In this document: piece by piece, positions 8,384-17,900 of the stretch
Layout: each line of letters opens with the position of its first letter
How positions within the stretch are numbered: the first letter of the stretch is position 1
Source of the DNA: a virus
Lineage: Duplodnaviria; Caudoviricetes
Direction: 5' to 3' (one strand)
IMG/VR virus record: IMGVR_UViG_3300027708_000013
Length of the DNA stretch: 64,000 nucleotides
Made by a program: the position numbers and the translations under genes
Notes under the pieces: model-generated
The model's database searches: none
Told to the model about the DNA's origin: nothing
What the model saw: only the letters and a program-made list of their open reading frames with translations

Positions 8384-9154
8384 TTATAAATCTACTTCAA
8401 GAGTAAATTGTCTAAAATTGATTTGTCTAAAATTAGTTTGATACTGCCACGCATCAGGACAATACCATGACTCAGTGGGCATTACTCTAATGAATTCTAC
8501 ATCATTATAGGTCTGCATCACGTGTAGCAAGCTCATGGTAAAATATGCATCAGTCACTGGTTCTCCATCACGAGGATATCCCGGTGTATTGGCATAAATG
8601 TTTTCGTGTATGGTGGCCTCGGGTGCGTTGTAACAATCAAATCCCATCAAGTAAATCTTTTTGTGTGCATCAAAGCAGGCCAAATAAGCAGCAACAGATC
8701 CGGCGTTCCATCCAGGATTTTGCGGTATTAAATAAAACTTACCAGGAAATTCTAATACTGCATCGGCTGTGCTGTAAACAATAGTTTGTTGATAGTATTG
8801 ATTTTGATCGTGCCAATCATCTCCGGCAATTTCGTTTACAATCTCACTGCCAGTGGCTACCAAAAAATCAGGAGTAAAATCACGTATTATGGCATTGCAT
8901 CCGTAGGTCTGAACTCGCCCTGCGGCCAACAGGCCACCACGGTGATTCATTAATAAATTAAATAAGTTGGGATTTAACTGTAGTCTACTGGGGCCGTTGC
9001 CCAACACCACAGCAGTGTTGCTGATTTGATTGTTGACTACATTGTTTTTTACCTGTTCAATGGTGGAATCCCATTGGCTATTTTCATAGGTATAATGTGT
9101 CACAACATCATCCATCAAGTGTGTGTCTCGGTATAATTTTTTTATTTTGATCAT
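8384..9154 (-). CDS. Maf/DUF115 (MptE-like)-type protein, possible glycosyltransferase
   Basis: AVVLGNGPSR, YGCNA, NAGSVAAYLA and IYLMGFD motifs; TAAATA 6 nt before the ATG. Confidence 0.6.
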   Translation of the reverse strand: MIKIKKLYRDTHLMDDVVTHYTYENSQWDSTIEQVKNNVVNNQISNTAVVLGNGPSRLQLNPNLFNLLMNHRGGLLAAGRVQTYGCNAIIRDFTPDFLVATGSEIVNEIAGDDWHDQNQYYQQTIVYSTADAVLEFPGKFYLIPQNPGWNAGSVAAYLACFDAHKKIYLMGFDCYNAPEATIHENIYANTPGYPRDGEPVTDAYFTMSLLHVMQTYNDVEFIRVMPTESWYCPDAWQYQTNFRQINFRQFTLEVDL

Positions 9155-9173
9155 ATCAAGTATTTATGGTATT

Positions 9174-10154
9174 TTACCAACTGGTGGCTATAACAATGCC
9201 ATCACCGCCACGACCACCGGCACCCGACGTACCACCGGTAAATGCACCACCCCCACCACCGCCACCGCAACCATAAGCACCCGCTCCGCCAGGCCCGCCG
9301 TTGGTGGTACCTGTTGCAGCGCCCGAAGAACCACCACCGGTACCGCCGTAGAAATAAAACAGTTTGGGTATGGGCTGAAATCCATTGGCGCCGGATGTGC
9401 CTGAAGTTGTTGATGAGGCGGCACCAATCCCACCAATGACGGTGGGAAAAGCACCAGCACCAGTTATGTTACCTCCCGATGAGCCTATTGAGGCAGCTGC
9501 TCCAACACCTGCGCCACCTGTGCCACCGGTTACTATTAATCCTGTCACTGGTAATGTCAATGCGGCTCCAAGACCTGTGGTACCCCCAGCAATGCCCACT
9601 TGTCCCACTAGACTGATGTTGGTTGCTACACCTGTATAACCCAATGTACCCAATCCAGCCAATGCGGCTGAACCAATTGCTGTTACTGTCCCAGCGGCAC
9701 CTGCACCACCGGCTGTTGCACCTGCGGCTGCTGTACCAGCACCGCCACCGTTGGCTTGTGCTAATAGGTTGTTAACCGTAGTATTAGGGGCTAGGCTTAC
9801 ATAACTGGCTATGCCTGCTGTACCAACAAGACCGGGTGTGGCAGCAACAGCTGCGCCACCTGCACCACCGTAACCCACGCTTATGTAAAGAACATCAGGC
9901 AGTGCCCATGCGGGAAATATTATACTGCACTGAGCTGAACTACCTCCACCGCCGCCCCCGGCAGCAGTTGAAGCGGCACCGTTACCAACTCCTGATCCAC
10001 CTCCGGCACCACCACCCAATACAACGAATTGTACAAAGTTTATGCCACGTGGTTTGACCCAAGTGGCCCATGTTACACCAGCAGTGGCCGAATTGGCGTA
10101 AAACGTCTGCACGTCCACACGTGGGTTGGCAGTTAAATGGCTGAAATCTAACAT
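9174..10154 (-). CDS. Glycine-rich virion / fibre-associated protein
   Basis: W..P.G..FVQFVVLGGGAGGG start and GGAGGRGGDGIVIATSW end typical of phage Gly-rich domains. Start placed at ATG 10154 (TAATG overlap with upstream stop). Confidence 0.75.
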   Translation of the reverse strand: MLDFSHLTANPRVDVQTFYANSATAGVTWATWVKPRGINFVQFVVLGGGAGGGSGVGNGAASTAAGGGGGGSSAQCSIIFPAWALPDVLYISVGYGGAGGAAVAATPGLVGTAGIASYVSLAPNTTVNNLLAQANGGGAGTAAAGATAGGAGAAGTVTAIGSAALAGLGTLGYTGVATNISLVGQVGIAGGTTGLGAALTLPVTGLIVTGGTGGAGVGAAASIGSSGGNITGAGAFPTVIGGIGAASSTTSGTSGANGFQPIPKLFYFYGGTGGGSSGAATGTTNGGPGGAGAYGCGGGGGGGAFTGGTSGAGGRGGDGIVIATSW

Positions 10155-10921
10155 TAATATTTTCCACCAATACTGGTGACATACCAACCAGCCGATACGT
10201 TGGCACTGAGACCCACCAGTACTTTATAGCCAGGAGGTAATGCCACGTTCATGGGATAATCTATGTCAGCATTGGGTGTAGTACCCGACACTGTACCCGA
10301 TGTAATCGGCAAAGCCAGTTCACCGTATAAAAAGTTATCCGAGTTAGAGCCTTTGGGAGTACCAATGTTACCTGCGGCGTAGGCCACTGTTTGGGTTAAA
10401 AACGCCACGTTACCAGCAGTTTGAAAGAATGGTTGTTGACCCAAACTGGTTGTGCCGGCCCATAACACATAATATGCTGCCGACGCAACCGGAGTCCACG
10501 ACCAAGTGATGGAACTGGTATTACCAGTTGTGGTGACTGCGGTACTTTGTGGACTGGCTGCTGTGTATGCACCGTATTGATCCACTGCTTGTATCAATGC
10601 ATAGTAAGACCCTGGTAGCAGTGTACCACCTGTACCACTGGCACTGCCCGAGGGTGCTGAGGGTGTACTCAGTGTTGTGGCTTGGTTAATTGCTCCGTTG
10701 TTGATGAAAATACGTGCCACTGAAGCAGCAGTATTGTTACCGTTTGGCTTGAATCTCAAGCGTTGCACAAATCCACCGTTGGCTGAATCAGCAGTAAATG
10801 CCACCACGTTGTAAATACCCACACCTGTGTAGTCGCCGGCTGTGATTGAGCCCTGTGTAATTAATAATTCACCACCTTGTATATCGCCTAATCTTGAAAA
10901 AATTGGGGCATTATTTGCCAT
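10154..10921 (-). CDS. Virion structural protein with an FN3/Ig-like module
   Basis: 255 aa, beta-rich; GTLLPGSYYALIQAVDQYG...SITWSW module; TAAATA at 10953-10958. Confidence 0.65.
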   Translation of the reverse strand: MANNAPIFSRLGDIQGGELLITQGSITAGDYTGVGIYNVVAFTADSANGGFVQRLRFKPNGNNTAASVARIFINNGAINQATTLSTPSAPSGSASGTGGTLLPGSYYALIQAVDQYGAYTAASPQSTAVTTTGNTSSITWSWTPVASAAYYVLWAGTTSLGQQPFFQTAGNVAFLTQTVAYAAGNIGTPKGSNSDNFLYGELALPITSGTVSGTTPNADIDYPMNVALPPGYKVLVGLSANVSAGWYVTSIGGKY

Positions 10922-10955
10922 TTTTCTATTCCTTTATAAATTCTGTATTGTGTAT

Positions 10956-13900
10956 TTAAGCCAAGTTCCAACCTTGAGCAGAAACTATTGACAAGCCCAA
11001 CACCGGCACCAGTAGTCCACCATTGGTTGTTAAATTACCACTGATGGCAGTGTTGCCAGTGACTGCCAATCCTGTGGCACTGCTGAATGTGGCTGTTGCT
11101 GTGGGATTAATGGCGCCCACTGCTGTGGTAAAAATTACCACGTTGGTGGCACGACTGGTGTCTGTGAAGTTTTCTGCGGCCACTATGTCAACTCGACCAG
11201 TTGACGCAGTACCAAATCCTAGAGAACCACTGCTGAATCCTCTAGCAGTGAGTTGAGTTAAGGTATCACCTGACAGGGACTGAGCTGGTGAGGCAGCTGT
11301 GCCCCGAGCAGCTCTGCCAGTGAATGCTATATACGAACCAGTGCCAAATGTGTCTTGTGTGATACGAGTTGGGGTAGCACCATCTGCACCGACGATGTGT
11401 AAGTCTGTGCCCAAAGTTTGGTTAACACCTGTGACAGGATAAACCACAGTTTGTGGGATTCCCAAAATAGTAAGTTCAGTGTCTGGTAGGGTGGTGTTAA
11501 TACCAATGTTGCCAGAGATAGAATTGCTGGTACCGCCGGTGTTTAGCACAGTTAAGTTACCGGTAATGTTGACTCCACCGGTGTTGTTGATGGAGGGCAA
11601 TGTGCCGGCTGTTGTTCCAGTTAAGGTAGTTAATGTAAAATAGTTTGTGAGATAGTCAGGATTGAATGTAAAGTATCCCGAATTATATGTACCCGAGGTT
11701 TGAGTTACATATATTCGATAGTTGTTGACACCTATTGTTGCTGGTATAACATAGTTAATAGAGCCGGAAGAACCAGTGGTTGTAACCACTGTGCTTTCTG
11801 GACTGGGCAAAGTGGCTTGCCCGTTAACGTCAATACCCACAACACGAACATAATAATTACCTGCGGCCAATGAACCACCTGTGGTAGAGCCTGTACCCAC
11901 GGCGGCTGCAGGAGTTGTCACTTGCGTCAACTTCAGCGAATTTCCACTCATGCCCCCAGTTGTAAATAAACCGTTGTTGGTGTCTTGGTTTCCGGTCAAT
12001 GTCCACGAACTAGGAACGGAAAGTATTTGATCCGGGGGACTAATCCAAGTTTTTATCAACATGCTTTCTGTCAATGCCCAAACAGTTACAGGACCATAAT
12101 CATCACGAGCCAAAAAGTTTCCTGTTGCTGGATCAATTGCACAGTTGTGAATCCAGTACCACATTAAGGGTTCACCGGCTAATGTATACAACGACCCCGA
12201 AGCAGTTACACTCCAAGAACCGGTACGCATGACACTGGTGTCTTGACTGATTATTTGTTCGTCGCCAGAGAAGTTAAAATATGTTTTACTATTATGAATA
12301 GTATTACCACCAATTATTAAATTACCAGTAGTGGTTACTATATTTGCAATTAAGTTACCGGTTGCGGGATTGAATGACAAGTTGGCGGAAACACCGGATG
12401 TGGTATTTCCTGTGGTGCTGATGTTGGAAAATACAGGATAAAATGTTTGGTTTGTGGTATAAGCTGTTACCGATTCGTACAATGCCACATTGGCTGTGGC
12501 CACAGTACCAGAAACCGTAGCAGTGACACTGGTCAAGTATTGACCGGATCCAACAATGTTATTAACATAAAGATTACCAGTACCGGGATTGAATACCATG
12601 TTGGTTGCAACACCCGACGTGGTGTTACCGGCTGTGACAGTATTGCTGAATACAGGATAAAAGTTAGCAGTTGTAGTGTAAGGAGTTGCACTGGCATACA
12701 ATGCAACGTTGGCAGTAGCCACTGTACCTGCCACGTTGACAGCACCCAATGTACCAACTAAACTAGCACCCGAGTTACCAATTGTGGCTGCATTTACTGT
12801 TGAGGCAATGATGGTACCGGAACTGGTAACTGCACCAACTGCCAACGAAGTCAGTGTACCAACACTTGTAATATTTGTTTGTGCAGCTGTTTGCAGTGTA
12901 CCGGACAAATTTGTGGCACTCAGCGTACCGGTCGTGGCGTTGTATGATAAACTTGAATTGACACCAATTACTGTATTACCTGCTGTAATACTTGTATTAC
13001 TAAAAGTTGGATAAAATGTGCCAGTGGTGTAATTTTGTACTTGTTCATATAGTGCTACGTTGGCAGTTGCTACTGTACCAGCAACAGTAATGCCGGTCAA
13101 ATACTGGCCGGATCCAACAAATGCTGTGGCTGAAACGTTACCTGTTGCGGCATTGTAACTTAGTGAACTGTTGACTGCGGCCTGTGTATTACCTGTGGTA
13201 TTTTGACTACTCAATACTGGATAATAAGTACCTGATGCAGTGTTGGTTATACCTGTGTAAATTACGGCATTGGCAGTTGCAGTAGTGCCCGCAACATTGA
13301 CGGCACTTAATGTACCACTAAAGCTGGTTGCTGTCAATGCACCGGTGCTGGGGTTATAACTTAAACTTGAGCTTACCCCATGCACACTATTACCGGCTGT
13401 GGTGATGTTGGAAAATACAGGATAAAATGTTTGATTAGTTGTATAAGGGGTCACGTTGGCATATATTGCCACGTTGGCACTGGGAGAATAGCCAACACTG
13501 CCGCTGCCTGTGCCCGAGCTGAATACTGTACCGTTGGCCCAAAGTATATTGTTTGATAGTATTACATTACCAGTGTAGGTATTGGCCCAAAATGCACTGG
13601 TAGTGCCTAAATTTAATGTTAAATTACCACTGGGAAACAATGTATTAGAAATTACACCGCCGTTGAATGAACTGCTGGCCCAAGCAGTACCGCTGGCAGT
13701 GGAACTAATATACTGCCCCGGTATGCCGGCAGTGCCGTTTAGGTAAATGTTACCATTGATAGACAAGAGAGAACCAATGGTCAAGTTGGCGTAGCCTGTG
13801 GCCACAATGTTACTGTTGGTTACTCCTGAATTATTGGTAAATGCTGTAACAAAAGTATTGGCACTTTCGCTCCAATACACAGCCACGTTGGATACCAAAC

Positions 13901-14033
13901 CGTTGGCTCGGTTAAATAAAAATCCTACATCTACGTTGGCTTGTGTAGATCCTTGATGGAGCACCGTGATTGGGTCCATAAAATATTCTACATTGGTATC
14001 AAGGTCCCAAATTTTGGGTCTGGTCAAAGGCAT
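10956..14033 (-). CDS. Tail fibre-like protein with five ~60-aa repeats
   Basis: 1025 aa Thr/Asn/Ser/Gly-rich; repeat TANVALY..VT.YTTNQTFYPVFSN..T.GNT..GV...LS.NP.TG; TAAATA at 14055-14060. Confidence 0.75.
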   Translation of the reverse strand: MPLTRPKIWDLDTNVEYFMDPITVLHQGSTQANVDVGFLFNRANGLVSNVAVYWSESANTFVTAFTNNSGVTNSNIVATGYANLTIGSLLSINGNIYLNGTAGIPGQYISSTASGTAWASSSFNGGVISNTLFPSGNLTLNLGTTSAFWANTYTGNVILSNNILWANGTVFSSGTGSGSVGYSPSANVAIYANVTPYTTNQTFYPVFSNITTAGNSVHGVSSSLSYNPSTGALTATSFSGTLSAVNVAGTTATANAVIYTGITNTASGTYYPVLSSQNTTGNTQAAVNSSLSYNAATGNVSATAFVGSGQYLTGITVAGTVATANVALYEQVQNYTTGTFYPTFSNTSITAGNTVIGVNSSLSYNATTGTLSATNLSGTLQTAAQTNITSVGTLTSLAVGAVTSSGTIIASTVNAATIGNSGASLVGTLGAVNVAGTVATANVALYASATPYTTTANFYPVFSNTVTAGNTTSGVATNMVFNPGTGNLYVNNIVGSGQYLTSVTATVSGTVATANVALYESVTAYTTNQTFYPVFSNISTTGNTTSGVSANLSFNPATGNLIANIVTTTGNLIIGGNTIHNSKTYFNFSGDEQIISQDTSVMRTGSWSVTASGSLYTLAGEPLMWYWIHNCAIDPATGNFLARDDYGPVTVWALTESMLIKTWISPPDQILSVPSSWTLTGNQDTNNGLFTTGGMSGNSLKLTQVTTPAAAVGTGSTTGGSLAAGNYYVRVVGIDVNGQATLPSPESTVVTTTGSSGSINYVIPATIGVNNYRIYVTQTSGTYNSGYFTFNPDYLTNYFTLTTLTGTTAGTLPSINNTGGVNITGNLTVLNTGGTSNSISGNIGINTTLPDTELTILGIPQTVVYPVTGVNQTLGTDLHIVGADGATPTRITQDTFGTGSYIAFTGRAARGTAASPAQSLSGDTLTQLTARGFSSGSLGFGTASTGRVDIVAAENFTDTSRATNVVIFTTAVGAINPTATATFSSATGLAVTGNTAISGNLTTNGGLLVPVLGLSIVSAQGWNLA

Positions 14034-14087
14034 TGTGTTGTCCGAGTTATCTTGTATTTATTACAAAACAAGATTGCTGTAACGGTA

Positions 14088-14912
14088 TTAAACTCTGCCA
14101 ACTACTATTTCTATAACTGCCTTGGATGCACCGGGATAATCTTGCAGTGCTTTTCCAATCACTTGACCAACCACTGGATTCGAGCTGGATCGAGCAAAAC
14201 CAAATCCTGCAGATATCATTAAATCACCTTTTTTAACAGGTCCAATTACATTGCAAGGAACACGCCCTATCAATGCCACTGCTGATACATTTGGACCCGA
14301 CAATGCACCATTCATTAAATGTGCTGGGTTGGTAGAAACAATGCCTGCCACTGCTGTTGTTTCAGGTTCTGCCACGGTGACTTCTTGATCTCCACCAAAC
14401 ATCAACACTGTACCCGGTTGATAGTTGCTGTCGGCTCGATAGTTTTCTGCCAAGTCAGCATATTTGGCCTGTGTTGATACTCCAAAAAATGTGTTAAACC
14501 AAGCAGAAGGAGATCCCAAATTGGCAGTTAAATTGGCATTGGGTACAATACCCTGTGCACCAATGTTGATGGTGTTGAAGTTGCCAGTTGCGGCATAAAA
14601 GTTGCTCCAGTAAGTAGAGGTGCTACCAGAATTATATGCCACGTTTGCACTTGGTACAAAGTTGCTTAACATTGTTAGTCCAGCGGAACTAAAGCTGGCC
14701 ACGTTGGTTGAAGCAATGGCCACGTTGACAAAGCTACCACTGACTGTTACGTTGGCTGAACTTTGATAAATCTGATTTGTACTTAAGCCGCCAAATGAGC
14801 CGGCACCCGACACAGAAATATTACCTGTTGTGGAAATATCACCGTTGCCTGCAAAAATTGTTGTTGAGCCCACTGTGAGGCCATTTTGTACTACGAAATT
14901 ACTGTTTGCCAT
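14088..14912 (-). CDS. Fibre/spike protein with a C-terminal intramolecular-chaperone (peptidase G2/IMC-like) domain
   Basis: C-terminal YADLAENY...GTV..FGG..EVT...VAGIVSTNPAHLMN...VALIGRVPC.V.GPVKKGDLMIS...VIGKAL. Confidence 0.6.
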   Translation of the reverse strand: MANSNFVVQNGLTVGSTTIFAGNGDISTTGNISVSGAGSFGGLSTNQIYQSSANVTVSGSFVNVAIASTNVASFSSAGLTMLSNFVPSANVAYNSGSTSTYWSNFYAATGNFNTINIGAQGIVPNANLTANLGSPSAWFNTFFGVSTQAKYADLAENYRADSNYQPGTVLMFGGDQEVTVAEPETTAVAGIVSTNPAHLMNGALSGPNVSAVALIGRVPCNVIGPVKKGDLMISAGFGFARSSSNPVVGQVIGKALQDYPGASKAVIEIVVGRV

Positions 14913-14957
14913 TTTATTCTTTCCCCGGTTCCATATTCCCCGATAAGGATGTTACTG

Positions 14958-17900
14958 TTAAATATTTAAATAATCTTTCTGAATTCTCACTGAATTTGTT
15001 GCGTTCACTGCTGTAAACTGTACCAACGTGTTAGCACCGCTTTGTGTAGCACTCAACACACCCAAGTTACCGCCGGTATTAATAGCGCCGTAAGTTGTAA
15101 TAGTTGCCACAGTACCATTTGAAATTACCAATGCTTCTTGTACTTGATAGTTTGCACCATTGGTGACTTGTACTACATATTTGGCACTGCGGTACAAGGT
15201 GTTGTTAATGGTGTCAATGGTTGTCGGAGTAGCAGCCGATGCAACAGATACGTTGGCAATGTTACTGACCCGTGCACCACCGGTGTTCCAAACTGTAGTG
15301 GCTGCTGTTGAGCTGACTCCAGTGTATATATAAACACCGTTGTTGTCTGCAGCAACTTGCATATAGCCATTGGTGCTGGCAATACCAGTTACTGTTTGCG
15401 TTGTAGTTAAGCTGCGTACATCAATCACATCCAAATTGGCAGGTGCTTCTGTAAATGTCAATGTTGTGCCCGACACTGCATAGGCCAGCGTTGGTATTTG
15501 TAACACACCGTTGATACTAACAATAGTGGCATTGGTAGTAACCTCAGCACTTAATGTAAATGCAGTAGTTACTCCGTCTCCGTTGAACTGCTGGTCAGTA
15601 ACAACTGTAAATGAGCTACTTGCAGATTGCCATGCAGAACCAGTATACCATTCAACTGCACCAGATGTAGTGCTGTAACGGAACATACCTGTTACGTCTG
15701 TAAATCCAGCACTGCCGGGACGTTGAGCATTGGATCCACTTGGCAATAATATCGAGTCTGTGCTGTTAATTTGTAATTTTGCACCCGATGATGGGATAGC
15801 TGCTGTGGCCGAGCCACCAATCAATACTTGATCGTAAGTTGCATTGGGTCTTGCCCAAATCAATGTGGTATCTGTTTTACCGCGAACAAAAAGTTCATTG
15901 CCGGCAGTTTGACCACCGTTGATTGTAACAGCACCACCAACATATACGTTACTGCCAAAACTTGCACCGCCCCAAACTTGGAAAGCACCTGTGTTGGCTG
16001 CGGGGCTGGCATTGGTTGGTAATTTTACAACAAATGTACCCGAATTGCTGGCGTTGCCGTGGAATCTTGCAACTTCACTGTTGGCATAGAAACTGCCCAC
16101 ACCCACTACTACGTCATTGTAGTTACCACTGTAGTCTGTGGCCAATACCAAGTTTCCGCCCACTGTGGCGTTGGCACCCGATGCAAATACATAGCCGTCG
16201 TTGCTCTTGGTAATCGAATAATACGGATCGGTAAATGCATCACCTGTAAAGCCCAGGTCCACAAATCCATGGTCATTGGCAACTCCGGTATAGTTATTTC
16301 CGTAGGCAATAAAGTCACTGGATCCATAGTTAGTAGCACTAATCAACGCATCTTGCAAATATTGGAATCCGGGAGCAGCACCAGGAGTACCGCGTTTAAT
16401 AGCAATTGGGCTATTTAATACTGTTGCCTGTGCTCCAGAACCAATGAACATGGCCGAACCAACGTTGATGTTTCCACCTATGGCTGCACCAGCTGTGCCT
16501 TTGATTACTAAACCACCCGATGTATTGTCGTTAGTGTTACTGCCATTGTTAATTACCACGTTGGCGTTCAAACTTGCCACACCTGATGTGCTGACAGTCG
16601 AGAATGAACCAGCACCCGAGAATGTAGTGGCAGTCAACACTCCTGTGCCGGGATTAAATGTCAAGTTGGTTGCTACACCAGAGATAGTGTTACCTGTGGT
16701 TGAAATATTACTGAACTGCGGATAAAATGTTTGATTTGTTGTTAATGCTGTTACCGATTCGTATAAACTCACATTGGCTGTGCCAATTGTGCCCGATATT
16801 GCACCTGCAAAGTTAGTTGCAGTCAATGTACCTGTTGCAGGATTGTAGCTCAATCCAGAGTTAACACCAACAGTGGTATTACCGGCTGTGACAGTATTGC
16901 TGAATACAGGATAAAATGTTTGATTAGTTGTGTATGGGGTTGCACTGGCATACAGAGCCACGTTGGCTGTTGCCACTGTACCACTTACATTTAGTGCAGT
17001 TACAGTACCATTTAATACTGTTGCACTCAATGTACCAGAGGACGGATTAAACGATAAGTTAGTTGCAACACCAGCAACAGTATTGCCCGACGAGCTGGTA
17101 TTTGAAAACACAGGGTAAAATGTTTGGTTTGTGGTATAAGCTGTTACCGATTCGTATAAACTCACGTTGGCAGTGGCCACTGTACCCGCGACATTGACAG
17201 CCGATAGTGTTCCACTAAAGCTGGTTGCTGTCAATGCACCTGTTGCGGCGTTATAACTTAAACTACTTGATGCAGCTGTTTGTGCATTACCTGTGGTGTT
17301 TTGAGCACTGAGTACCGGATAGTAAGTACCAGAGGCTGTGTTGGTTATACCTGTGTAAATTGCGGCATTGGCAGTTGCTACTGTACCTTGAACTGTACCG
17401 TTAAAGTTGGTTGCAGTTAATGTTCCTGTGCTGGGGTTATAACTTAAACTTGAGCTAACACCAGTTATACTGTTACCTGTGGTTGAAATATTACTGAACT
17501 GCGGATAAAATGTTTGGTTAGTTGTGTATGCTGTTACCGAGTCGTATAAACTCACATTGGCAGTTGCAGTAGTACCACTCACATTGGTTGCCGATAAGGT
17601 ACCACTGAAGCTGGTTGCTGTCAGTGCACCAGTGCTGGGATTGTAACTTAAACTTGAGTTGACCCCGGCAACAGTATTACCTGTGGTGCTGATGTTACTG
17701 AACACTGGATAAAATGTTTGATTAGTTGTGTATGCTGTAACTTGTTCGTATATTGCAACGTTGGCAGTTGGATAAGTGCCCGACAATGAGCCAATTGAAA
17801 TATTAGTTAAATATTGACCTGACCCAATAAAAGCAGTGGCTGAAACGTTACCTGTTGACGGATTAACGTTGACTGCTGTTACCGCACCCAATGTACTGTT

